Notes under the pieces: generated by a model
Told to the model about the DNA's origin: nothing
The model's input: the letters and a program-made list of their open reading frames with translations, nothing else
Databases searched by the model: none
In this document: positions 54,601 through 61,433 of the stretch, piece after piece
Numbering within the stretch: position 1 is the stretch's first letter
How the letters are laid out: each line of letters starts with the position of its first letter
Translations under genes and position numbers: made by a program
NCBI GenBank assembly: GCA_025363355.1
Contig: JANYEB010000037.1
Location: 111,056 to 175,055, forward strand
Origin: Chitinophagaceae bacterium
GTDB taxonomy: Bacteria; Bacteroidota; Bacteroidia; Chitinophagales; Chitinophagaceae
Reading direction: 5' to 3'
Length of the DNA: 64,000 bases

Positions 54601-56028
54601 GGCAATCAATGGAATAAAGATGGAGTAGTTATTAGTGGTGCAACATCTGCGACTTATATTATTACTACCGCTGGAGTTTATACAGCAACAGTAACTAATT
54701 GTGGTGGTAGTTCTACAAGTGCAGGTACAACAGTATCAATAGCAGCACCCATAACAGTTGCAGCAATTGGGTCAAGTAGTAGCAATGTATGTATGGGTAG
54801 CACTGTAACATTAACTAATGCAACTGTCGGAGGTGTTTGGTCTTCAAGCAATACATCAGTTGCAACTATTAATTCATCTGGAATTGTTACAACAGTTGGT
54901 GTAGGAACAGCAGTGATTAGTTACACAGTAACAGCAGGCAGTTGTTCAAATGCAACGACTTATACTCTTACAGTTCAGTCAGGTTCTGTAGCTACACCAA
55001 CCTTAGATATAAGAGGTTCAGTAAATATCTGTGGTAGTGGAAGCTTGCAAATGTGTCCATTAGTTTGGGGTTATAGCAATTATCAATGGTATAAAGATGG
55101 TGTTGCATATTCAACAGCCTCTTGTATTACAGTAAACACAGCAGGTTCATATACATTAACAGGAACCAATGGTTCAGGTTGCTGGTCTGCACAGTCTGCA
55201 CCAGCTCTCGTAACCATAAATCCTATTCCTACAATAGTAGCTACAGCAGGCCCAACAGCAGTATGTGCAGGATTTTCAATAGCATTAGTTAATAGCAGCA
55301 CAATACCAAGTGGTGGAACAGGAGTTTGGTCAACAGGATATAATAGTCAAGTATCTGTAGGTGCAACAACTGGCGTAGTATCTGCATCAAATGCAGGTAA
55401 TGTAGTAATTAAATACACAGTTATATCTGCAGTAGGTTGCACAAACTATATAAACTATAACGTAACAATAAATGCAATACCAAGTGTACCAAGTATTACT
55501 TATGCACCAGGAACTATTAATCCACAAGCAGGAGCACCAACAGGAAGTTTTTGTGCAAACAGAACCTTTACAGTAGTGGGCACACCAAGCGGGGGCGTAT
55601 GGAGCAAAACGGGTGTTATTAATGTTACAACCCCAGGTGGTGTAGTTACTACAGGCAATATAGTTGGAGCTGGAACATTAAAATATACTTATACCGATGC
55701 AAATGGCTGTAGTAATAGCAGAACAATGGTTGGCAATGTATACGTTTGTGCTGCAAGAGGAATAAATACAGTTGACGGTCAACTGTCGACTGTCAACAGT
55801 TTTACAATGTATCCTAACCCCGCTAAATCTCAAGTAAGTATTAACGTTGAGACCTTAGTTGGAACTAGTAATATTATTGTTACAGACCTTTATGGAAAAG
55901 TGGTTAAATCTCAAACATTAAGTATGGGAACTAACACCATTAATATTAGTAAACTATCAGCTGGAATGTACTTTGTTAGCATTATTACTAGCGAGGGTAA
56001 ACAAACTAAAAAATTAATAATAGAATAA
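45661..56028 (+). CDS. Giant (3455 aa) multidomain T9SS-secreted surface protein
   Basis: Domain layout by coordinate:
- Signal peptide.
- 6-7 Kelch-like blades, 45745-47045 (W.W..GD...N..GVYGTKG...N.PGAR...GNLWLFGG...LNDLWKY).
- 4 x 49-aa Cys repeats, 47089-47676.
- Gly-rich domain, 47690-48460.
- Big_2-like Ig domains (GGVWSSS...A.IN..TGLVTG), 48550-49500.
- ConA/LamG-like region, 49540-50310.
- SdrD-B-like domain (NYVWKDQNNDGLQNE), 50915-51310.
- Five ~243-aa tandem modules, 52060-55215.
- T9SS C-terminal domain (MYPNPAKSQVSINV...GMYFVSIITSEGKQTKKLIIE), 55801-56025. Confidence 0.85.
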   Translation: MKKTLFGFLTIICLLFSSVSNAQINSSSQWTWMKGDNTINSFGVYGTKAVSAATNKPSGRYAGTTWTDTLGNLWLFGGVGFDVNGNYGQLNDLWKYDVGTNQWTWLLGDDVNNQSGIYGTKGIAASTNKPGARNASFGWVDPSGNLWLLGGNGYDEGGSLGNMNDLWQYNISSGEWIWVSGDNAVNQNGVYGTKGVADINNIPGARYGSASFTDASGNLCFFGGFGNDGSGNSGQLNDLWKYNTATGEWTWLSGDNTINHYGVYGTKGVASSTNQPGSREAVNGWKDPSGNFWIFTGYGYAESGSTQVMNDLWKYNTITNQWSWESGDNTTLQYGVYGTKGIANVANKPGARYTSATWADASGNLWLFGGYGYVTSGGAGDLNDLWKYNTNTGEWTWVSGDNTINQTGIYGTQGVADVNNKPGGRDNSMGWKDTNGNLWLFGGTAYDANGSVGQINDLWKLGIACNISSSSNTQTACNSLVWNGTTYTSSGTYTWTGTNAAGCDSTATLNLTINNSSISSTTTSACDSLIWNGTTYTTSGTYTWGGTNAAGCDSTAALNLIINNSTTSSTSVTSCDSLRWNGTKYTASGTYTYSTTNAVGCDSTATLNLTINNSTISVSTVTVCDSLIWNGTIYRNSGTYTAHFTNAVGCDSTATLGLIVNYKPTVAPIVGLTNIEILAIGGGGGAGGPDGAIGAGGGAGGAVYGAYTLSTTGSSIYTVGVGGAGGYGQGCAGNAAGGTAGVNGGAAGGNAGTGGCSGGGGGSGGWSGLYQGSNYIVVAGGGAGGGGSNEGNANDVTTPGGGNQSAAFGTSMTGQNGTAYSGDGGGGGAGGGGFYGGAGQSNLTQTGFVASQAWGGANYANPTGRNSFATYIGNSGATSSTGTGGQGTTSTISNSSNFNYSNTFGKGGNAQGNGGTSTTANGNNGVVIIRYPGSAVATGGAVTQSGGYTLHTFTATGSNTFTANSGNSVCAGSTTTLNCVTTGGVWSSSDTTIASINASTGLVTGKVAGTVTITYTVTNAQGCIGSSTKQFTVNALPIVPAITGNTTICDNTTTALSNSLTGGIWSSSLTSKATINASTGLVTGVASGSTNITYLYTDNNGCSNTNSTVITINASPTVAAISGNAGVCIGSTTTFSDVTLNGTWTSSNTNAATINNSGLITTVATGSSTISYTVINASTCTTFVTKSITVNALPNVTANATATTVCFGTQTTLTGGNASSYTWNNGVTNGTAFAPSATNSYTVTGTDGNGCVKTANITITVNSLPIVSISPSVTTLCNGYSSTLTASGASTYGWTIVGSSPYMDQVSSTSTLKFAAGLHKLKSSYSGSAIRIRRSSDNTEADFGFSGNDLDVAAISTFIGGGTAYVKTLYDQSGNGNHLSQTSNGNQPTLTLSGLNGKPVIHTNTSQSIYNMTNFTPPFSVVYAARQTGGSRGRLLSGTNNNWLLGWWGGNRAMAHFDGWITSSCCSASDNNIYVYSGTGTGSSSFAYQNKTSITTNSTGGTTGPNGISLNRNEASDADFTDVVEFNSVLSTADRNIVENGMGAYYGLSGFYNTTGASTTVSPNTTSSFTVYGTDGNGCIGTATQAITVNPKPNAGADVNYLCGSATQTLTGTANTGNWTALGTNPIGATLSATTSGVATVSFTNLASGTFSFIYTLPTTNCSDTMSITVRAKPNAGADQAVCILNVATGVTLTSNVAAVWTAKSGNVGTSNIVSAISASTQVNNFSVVGDYNYINTNNGCTDTVKVTVTPAGSIGNYVWKDQNNDGLQNEPTSNGVNGITVDLYKKDGMGAFNLYATTTTANSGSGNPGFYNFGICEDGVYKIKVPTVNPFTQTHLTTQDATAATNGNSDVNPADGFSPDVTIDTHGTGVAKDNTTIDAGYQICTKPIAGIDFTSCGGQLVAITGVSTTPALPTTDGNWAALSSNPSGTILSATNLGVSTIQFDSLASGVYSYIYSVTGGCDDTLNITVGYKPAAGTDLYEICGGSVIPVTGLPSGGTWSQAYANISGATVDATNNGVANISFANIISGIYTFVYTTPFGCTDTMTISTKPKPNAGNDVYMECGTPKLFDSVRATPTGGTWAAMSSNPTGVTLGSTTNGKAQISLPIAPVQGTWSFIYTAPNGCTDTMSYTIGVTGTPAPAINSGSNPICGNSTVQICPTFFGWSNYQWYKNGVAVSGINGTQSCITIDSSKIGSYTLAGTNGSACWSKQSSPVVISLAGAVTPTITIQGGLTTACNNGSVTLISSSTQNNQWNKNGVAISGATSQYYTASTSGVYTVTAINCGYTRTSSGTTITIVAPISISSIQASSGSVCTGSTLILSSATTGGVWTSSNPSKATVNAATGIVTGLNAGSTIITYTVTVSGCSNATSYALSVVDGSNITTPTISVQGSTILCGTATVQLCTGTFGWSNYQWYKNGVAVTTGTGTCITVDTSKLGSYTLAATTGSGCWSPLSNAVTISSSTVLPSTPTISATGSTTVCNNGTVVLSSNATTNNQWKKDDVTISGATSQSYTASTSGVYTVSVSNCAGSSVSVGITVTIVPTITLGSIQSATSSVCKNATVTLTNSTTGGLWASNNNSKATVNATTGAVTGVDTGSVIISYTVIVSGCSKSVSTTLTVVDGSNMIAPVIAAQGQTSLCGTSTVQICPTTFGFSNYQWYKDGIAVTSNGASACITIDTSKLGSYTLAATNGSGCWSTVSDAVVVSASSIPVVPTISTSGSGTICNGGTITLTSSSSTGNQWKKDGVAISGATSQFYTASASGVYTVTVTNCGSAISTGTSITVVSYITINSIQSITGTVCKNATSTLINTTTGGVWSSSNNSIATVNSSTGVLTGVDTGTVTITYTVTISGCSNSVQATFTIVDGSNIVAPTIIAQSSSVICSNGNVTICPTVFGWSNYQWYKNGIALTNNGAGACITVDTSKLGSYTLAATTGTCWSSQSNAITVSTLLAPATPTISAGGSTTLCNGGNVVLTSNAPSGNQWNKDGVVISGATSATYIITTAGVYTATVTNCGGSSTSAGTTVSIAAPITVAAIGSSSSNVCMGSTVTLTNATVGGVWSSSNTSVATINSSGIVTTVGVGTAVISYTVTAGSCSNATTYTLTVQSGSVATPTLDIRGSVNICGSGSLQMCPLVWGYSNYQWYKDGVAYSTASCITVNTAGSYTLTGTNGSGCWSAQSAPALVTINPIPTIVATAGPTAVCAGFSIALVNSSTIPSGGTGVWSTGYNSQVSVGATTGVVSASNAGNVVIKYTVISAVGCTNYINYNVTINAIPSVPSITYAPGTINPQAGAPTGSFCANRTFTVVGTPSGGVWSKTGVINVTTPGGVVTTGNIVGAGTLKYTYTDANGCSNSRTMVGNVYVCAARGINTVDGQLSTVNSFTMYPNPAKSQVSINVETLVGTSNIIVTDLYGKVVKSQTLSMGTNTINISKLSAGMYFVSIITSEGKQTKKLIIE
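47089..47676 (+). repeat. Four exactly phased 147-nt (49-aa) tandem repeats inside the giant CDS
   Basis: The unit-initial TGT codons are at 47089, 47236, 47383 and 47530. The unit is C(N/D)SL.WNGT.YT.SGTYT....NA.GCDSTATLNLTINNS. Confidence 0.85.
52060..55215 (+). repeat. Five tandem ~730-nt (241-245 aa) modules inside the giant CDS (four complete, one partial)
   Basis: The marker AATTATCAATGGTAT (SNYQWYK) recurs at 52159, 52894, 53626, 54355 and 55078. The spacings are 735, 732, 729 and 723 nt, all multiples of 3. Confidence 0.85.
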
Positions 56029-56054
56029 GCTAAAAGTTTTTTAGTATTCCAACA

Positions 56055-56094
56055 AAAGGCTGCATCTATACTATGATGCAGCCTTTCTTGTTTT
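56055..56094 (+). terminator. Rho-independent terminator after the giant gene
   Basis: Stem AAAGGCTGCATC/GATGCAGCCTTT followed by CTTGTTTT. Confidence 0.7.
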
Positions 56095-56215
56095 ATAGAA
56101 ATATGGGAGTGAATATAAATTTATCAGGTTATATAATTTCGATGTAAGAATAAAATCATAGCAAAAATTATTAAAAACACTACAAAAAATTTTTCCACAT
56201 ACAGCCTCAAACCCC

Positions 56216-56223
56216 TACTTTTG
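56216..56223 (+). promoter_or_regulatory. Candidate -7 box (TAnnTTTG) giving rpoB its own promoter
   Basis: TACTTTTG lies about 100 nt upstream of the rpoB ATG. The leader contains the hairpin GCAGATG...CATCTGC. Confidence 0.3.
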
Positions 56224-56321
56224 CGATCCTTAATTTTTTTGGAGAGGTACCGCAGATGAGTTTATGGCCATTAAAGCATCTGCAAATTGCACATTTTAGC
56301 TAAAAAAGGATTACACTATTT

Positions 56322-59300
56322 ATGTCTACAACAACATTAACCACTAGGGTAAATTTTGGTAAAACAAAACACCTAGCAGCTGCTCCTGACTTATTAGATA
56401 TCCAATTGGAATCTTTCAGAGAGTTTTTTCAATTAGAAACTACGCCAGATAAGCGTAATAATGAAGGTTTGTTTAAAGTGTTTAAGGAAAATTTCCCTAT
56501 CACTGATACACGTAACATCTTCGTTTTAGAGTTTCTTGACTATTTTATTGATCCGCCACGTTACTCAATTGTTGAGTGTATGGAGCGTGGATTAACTTAT
56601 GCTGTGCCTTTAAAAGCTAAGCTACGTCTTAGTTGTAATGATGAAGAGCACGTGGATTTCCAAACAATTGTACAAGATGTGTTTTTAGGAAATATTCCTT
56701 ATATGACACCTCGTGGTACTTTCGTTGTTAATGGAGCCGAGCGTGTAATTGTTTCTCAATTGCATCGTTCTCCAGGTGTATTCTTTGGTCAATCAACTCA
56801 CCCTAACGGAACAAAAATTTATTCTGCTCGTGTAATTCCTTTTAAAGGAGCATGGATGGAGTTTGCTACAGACATTAACAATGTAATGTATGCTTACATT
56901 GATAGAAAAAAGAAATTCCCTGTAACTACTTTATTACGTTCTATTGGCTTTGAAACTGATAAAGATATTTTGGAGTTGTTTGGAATGGCTGATGAAATTG
57001 CAGTTGATACCAAAACTTTACAACCGCATGTTGGCAGAAAACTAGCTGCTCGTGTTTTAAGAACTTGGGTTGAAGATTTCGTTGATGAAGATACTGGTGA
57101 AGTTGTGAGCATTGAGCGTAACGAAATTGTAATGGAGCGTGATACAATTTTAGATGAAGATGGTATTGATACCATTGTTGAAATGGGTATCGAAAGCATC
57201 TTTATTCAAAAAGAAGAACTAGGTGGAGACTATGCAATCATCTACAATACATTAAACAAAGATACTTCAAACAGTGAGTTAGAAGCGGTTCAGCATATTT
57301 ATCGCCAATTGCGTGGTGCTGATGCTCCAGATAACGAAACTGCACGTGGTATTATCGATAAATTATTCTTTAGTGATAAGCGTTATGATTTAGGAGAAGT
57401 TGGTCGTTACAAAATCAACAGAAAACTAGAACACGCTATCCCTATCGAGAAAAAAGTTTTAACAAAACAAGATATCATTGAAATCATCAAATACTTAGTT
57501 CGTTTAACGAATGCTAAGGCTGAGATTGATGATATTGATCACTTATCAAACCGTCGTGTACGTACAGTTGGCGAACAATTGTATGCACAATTTGGTGTTG
57601 GTTTAGCTCGTATGGCTCGTACTATTCGTGAAAGAATGAACGTTAGAGACAATGAGGTTTTCACTCCAGTTGACTTGATTAATGCTCGTACACTTTCTTC
57701 TGTTATTAACTCATTCTTTGGTACATCTCAGTTATCTCAATTCTTAGATCAAACTAATCCGCTTTCTGAAATTACGCACAAACGTCGTATTTCAGCATTA
57801 GGACCCGGAGGTTTAAGTAGAGAAAGAGCTGGATTTGAGGTTCGTGACGTACACTATTCTCACTATGGTCGTTTGTGTACTATTGAAACTCCAGAGGGAC
57901 CAAACATTGGTTTGATTTCAACGCTTTGCGTTCACGCTGCTATTAATGATATGGGATTCATTGAAACTCCTTATCATAAAGTAACGAATGGTAGAGTAAA
58001 TATGCACGAACAGCAGTATTTAAGTGCTGAAGAAGAAGAAGAAAAGAAAATTGCACAAAGTAATACGCCAATTGATGATAAAGGAAACTTCCTTGAAGAG
58101 AAAATTGTAAGTAGAGATACTGGTGATTTTCCAATTTTAGATAAAGCAGATGTTCAGTTTATGGACGTTGCACCTAACCAAATTGTTGGTTTATCTGCTT
58201 CATTAATTCCTTTCTTGGAGCATGATGATGCTAACCGTGCTTTGATGGGATCGAATATGCAACGTCAGGCTGTGCCATTGATTAGAATGGATGCACCAAT
58301 TGTAGGTACTGGATTGGAAGCAAAAGCAGCATTAGATGCTCGTATTCAAATTCACGCAGATGGAACAGGAGTGGTAGAATTTGTTGATTCAAGAGAAATT
58401 CATATCAGATACGATAGAAATGATGACGATAGATTAATTTCTTTCCACGATGATTTGATTGTTTATAAATTGGCTAAGTTCATTAAAACCAACCAATCAA
58501 CTTGTATTAACTTACGTCCTGCTGTTAAAAAAGGACAACACGTTAAAAAAGGTGATTTCTTAACCGAAGGTTATGCTACTCAAAATGGTGAACTAGCTTT
58601 AGGTAGAAACTTGGTGGTTGCATTTATGCCTTGGAAAGGTTACAACTTTGAGGATGCGATTGTAATTAATGAAAAAGTTGTTAGAGAAGATTTATTTACT
58701 TCTTTACACATTGATGAATATGAATTAGAAGTTAGAGACACTAAACTTGGAGAAGAAGAATTAACTTCTGACATTCCTAACGTTAGTGAAGAAGCAACTA
58801 AAGATCTTGACGAACACGGTATTATTAGAATTGGTGCTACTATTAAAGAAGGTGATATTTTAATTGGAAAAATTACTCCAAAAGGAGAAAGTGATCCAAC
58901 ACCAGAAGAAAAATTATTGCGTGCCATTTTTGGAGACAAAGCTGGTGATGCAAAAGATGCTTCTTTAAAAGCTCCAAACGGAACTGAAGGTACTGTTATT
59001 GATAAAAAATTATTCCAAAGAGCGAAGAAAGATAAAAACTCAAAAGTTCGTGAAAAAGCTGCTTTAGAGAAAGTTGAAAAAGCTCACCATATTGTTGTTG
59101 CTGATTTAAAAGAGCAATTGGTTGGAAAATTGACGATTCTTTTAAGAGAAAAAACTTCTGCTGGCGTTACTAATAGCTATGGAGAAACTTTAATTGGTAA
59201 AGGCGTTAAATTCAACTCTAAAAATCTTCAAACATTAGATGTTCAAGGTATTAATCCTTTGGGCTGGACTGGTGAAGAAAAAGTTGACCAAGCTATCAAT

Positions 59301-60125
59301 ACTTTATTACACAACTACACTATTAAGTATAACGAGGAGTTAGGTAGATTTAAAAGAGAGAAATTCAATATTTCAATTGGTGATGAATTACCAGCTGGTG
59401 TGTTGAAACTTGCTAAAGTTTACTTGGCTGTTAAACGTAAGTTGAAAGTGGGTGATAAAATGGCGGGTCGTCACGGAAATAAAGGTATCGTTGCTAAAAT
59501 TGTACGTGCAGAGGATATGCCATTTATGGAAGATGGAACACCAGTTGATATTGTGTTGAATCCATTGGGTGTACCTAGTCGTATGAACTTAGGACAGATT
59601 TATGAAACCATTTTAGGTTGGACTGGTTTGAAATTAGGTAGAAAATATGCAACGCCAATTTTTGATGGTGCAAGCACTACTGAAATTGAAGACTTGTGTA
59701 AAGAAGCTGGAATTCCTTTAAATGGTCACACACATCTTTATGATGGAGAGACTGGAGAAAGATTCCACCAAAAAGCAACTGTGGGCGTTATTTATGTGAT
59801 TAAACTACACCATATGGTGGATGATAAAATGCACGCTCGTAGCATTGGACCATACAGTTTGATTACACAACAACCGCTTGGTGGTAAGGCTCAATTTGGA
59901 GGTCAAAGATTTGGTGAGATGGAGGTTTGGGCACTGGAGGCTTATGGTGCAGCAAACATCTTACAAGAATTATTGACACTTAAATCTGATGATATTATTG
60001 GTCGTGCAAAAACTTATGAAGCTATTGTAAAAGGCGATAATATCCCTAAAGCTGGTGTGCCAGAATCATTTAATGTGTTGGTTCACGAGCTAAGAGGTTT
60101 AGGTTTAGATTTAACTTTTGAATAA
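56322..60125 (+). CDS. rpoB: DNA-directed RNA polymerase subunit beta
   Basis: Full length, 1267 aa. Motifs: [59 protein letters not shown] and [15 protein letters not shown]. Confidence 0.97.
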   Translation: MSTTTLTTRVNFGKTKHLAAAPDLLDIQLESFREFFQLETTPDKRNNEGLFKVFKENFPITDTRNIFVLEFLDYFIDPPRYSIVECMERGLTYAVPLKAKLRLSCNDEEHVDFQTIVQDVFLGNIPYMTPRGTFVVNGAERVIVSQLHRSPGVFFGQSTHPNGTKIYSARVIPFKGAWMEFATDINNVMYAYIDRKKKFPVTTLLRSIGFETDKDILELFGMADEIAVDTKTLQPHVGRKLAARVLRTWVEDFVDEDTGEVVSIERNEIVMERDTILDEDGIDTIVEMGIESIFIQKEELGGDYAIIYNTLNKDTSNSELEAVQHIYRQLRGADAPDNETARGIIDKLFFSDKRYDLGEVGRYKINRKLEHAIPIEKKVLTKQDIIEIIKYLVRLTNAKAEIDDIDHLSNRRVRTVGEQLYAQFGVGLARMARTIRERMNVRDNEVFTPVDLINARTLSSVINSFFGTSQLSQFLDQTNPLSEITHKRRISALGPGGLSRERAGFEVRDVHYSHYGRLCTIETPEGPNIGLISTLCVHAAINDMGFIETPYHKVTNGRVNMHEQQYLSAEEEEEKKIAQSNTPIDDKGNFLEEKIVSRDTGDFPILDKADVQFMDVAPNQIVGLSASLIPFLEHDDANRALMGSNMQRQAVPLIRMDAPIVGTGLEAKAALDARIQIHADGTGVVEFVDSREIHIRYDRNDDDRLISFHDDLIVYKLAKFIKTNQSTCINLRPAVKKGQHVKKGDFLTEGYATQNGELALGRNLVVAFMPWKGYNFEDAIVINEKVVREDLFTSLHIDEYELEVRDTKLGEEELTSDIPNVSEEATKDLDEHGIIRIGATIKEGDILIGKITPKGESDPTPEEKLLRAIFGDKAGDAKDASLKAPNGTEGTVIDKKLFQRAKKDKNSKVREKAALEKVEKAHHIVVADLKEQLVGKLTILLREKTSAGVTNSYGETLIGKGVKFNSKNLQTLDVQGINPLGWTGEEKVDQAINTLLHNYTIKYNEELGRFKREKFNISIGDELPAGVLKLAKVYLAVKRKLKVGDKMAGRHGNKGIVAKIVRAEDMPFMEDGTPVDIVLNPLGVPSRMNLGQIYETILGWTGLKLGRKYATPIFDGASTTEIEDLCKEAGIPLNGHTHLYDGETGERFHQKATVGVIYVIKLHHMVDDKMHARSIGPYSLITQQPLGGKAQFGGQRFGEMEVWALEAYGAANILQELLTLKSDDIIGRAKTYEAIVKGDNIPKAGVPESFNVLVHELRGLGLDLTFE

Positions 60126-60146
60126 TCTATTCTAAAGAATATAAAT

Positions 60147-60179
60147 AAAAAGCTGCTTCAATTGAAGCAGCTTTTTTTA
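60147..60179 (+). terminator. Rho-independent terminator immediately after rpoB
   Basis: Stem AGCTGCTTCA/TGAAGCAGCT followed by T7. It begins 22 nt after the stop codon. Confidence 0.75.
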
Positions 60180-60180
60180 T

Positions 60181-60472
60181 GGATAGCAGTACCATTAAAC
60201 AGCATTCGATTTCCATTGAACAGACTGCCATTTCTACAGAACAGGATTTGATTTCTATTGTGCAAAAATCGATTTCCATCTGTTAGAAATTAATTTCCAC
60301 TAAACAGGATTCGATTTCTAATGAATAGACTGTCATTTCTACAGAACAGGATTCGATTTTTATAAAACAGCTATGTCATTGTATAAAATGGGATGCTAGT
60401 TCCATCAGTTGGGATGCTTGTTTTATGAAATGGGATACTTATTCCACCAATTGGGATGGCTGTTCCATCAGT
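60181..60472. repeat. Tandem array of about 14 degenerate 21-bp units
   Basis: Example units: CAGCATTCGATTTCCATTGAA, CAGACTGCCATTTCTACAGAA, CAGGATTTGATTTCTATTGTG, then TGGGATGCTAGTTCCATCAGT, TGGGATGCTTGTTTTATGAAA, TGGGATACTTATTCCACCAAT and TGGGATGGCTGTTCCATCAGT. Unit lengths are 20-22 nt. Units 2-3 recur as units 7-8, 105 bp later. Confidence 0.75.
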
Positions 60473-60492
60473 TTTCTGAACTGTTTTTATTA

Positions 60493-61239
60493 TTAGGGAC
60501 GAGTATATTTAATTGATGATACTTGTTTGTACTCGGCACTTTTTGATTTAAAAACTGATAAGACGTATTTTTTTGATTTTAAAACTACATCTACCAAGCC
60601 TGTTGTTTCAGCATATAATAAAACATCTCTTGCTTGTAAAGCATTTTTGTAAGTTGGTTCTGCATCTGTTACATCTTTATTTGCCTTTTTTAGTTTTGCA
60701 AGATAGGTTTGTAATGCTGCGACTTTTAGTTCGGCTTCGTTGGGTTTATATAGGCTTTGTGCAGCTACCCAATTGATTAAATCCTCGAAATGTTGTACTA
60801 GATTGTCATAGCTCTGTTGACTTGCAGAAATTGTGGTTGGCACTTCTGGGTTATCTGTTATTTCGGTTGTTTTTGATTTTTTAGGTTTTAGTGGTGTGGC
60901 TCTTGTGCCTTGTATTTTTCGGTTATATTCTCTTGCTCCTTCTATGATTGTATCATCTAAATCGAGTGAAGCAAATGAGTTAATTACTTGTGTGGAAAGC
61001 GTGTCTAATGGTTGAAAAATAATTTGTCGTTGTTTGGTTAATTGTCCAAAAATGCCTTCTTGTTTGCTTGCTTCAACTGTTGCATCATCACAAAGTTTGC
61101 AATGTGCTTGCATATTTGTGAGTTTGATTAAATCGTTGGTGGGTGCATACTTGCTGCCATAAGCTGCATTGAATGCAATTTGTGATTTGTAATTGGCTAC
61201 ATTGATAGTATGGCCAGTTTCATTTACTTGTTTTGCCAT
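60493..61239 (-). CDS. Hypothetical protein (248 aa), two helical halves joined by a Lys/Thr/Pro-rich linker
   Basis: Clean ORF with an ATG start. No motif that I can assign to a family. Confidence 0.5.
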   Translation of the reverse strand: MAKQVNETGHTINVANYKSQIAFNAAYGSKYAPTNDLIKLTNMQAHCKLCDDATVEASKQEGIFGQLTKQRQIIFQPLDTLSTQVINSFASLDLDDTIIEGAREYNRKIQGTRATPLKPKKSKTTEITDNPEVPTTISASQQSYDNLVQHFEDLINWVAAQSLYKPNEAELKVAALQTYLAKLKKANKDVTDAEPTYKNALQARDVLLYAETTGLVDVVLKSKKYVLSVFKSKSAEYKQVSSIKYTRP

Positions 61240-61433
61240 TGTATAAAGTGTTGGTGAATAGCTAAATTATGGAATTATTTAAATTAACAAATAAATTTAC
61301 ATTAAAATTAAGAAAATATTAGGATTTTGCAAGTTGCTGACTGTTAGCAAAAAGTTGTTGGTAGGCTTTGCAGTATCAATCAATGTTTGAATTGTATTTT
61401 TTATATATTTGGTGATGAGATATTTTACTAAAT

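Noticed and set aside
45661-56028. Giant gene as an RHS/polymorphic-toxin or contact-dependent inhibition locus
   Set aside because: There are no YD/RHS repeats and no C-terminal toxin or downstream immunity ORF. The C-terminus is a T9SS sorting domain followed directly by a terminator.
56191-56199. DnaA-box-like TTTTCCACA upstream of rpoB, and TTTCCA-type cores in the 21-bp array, as a possible oriC
   Set aside because: There is only a single near-consensus box. The array cores do not match TTATCCACA. There is no dnaA or dnaN nearby and no AT-rich unwinding element adjacent.
60181-60472. Possible CRISPR array
   Set aside because: The units are contiguous 21-mers that all resemble each other. 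There is no alternation of a conserved repeat with unique spacers, the unit is too short, and there are no cas genes in the window.
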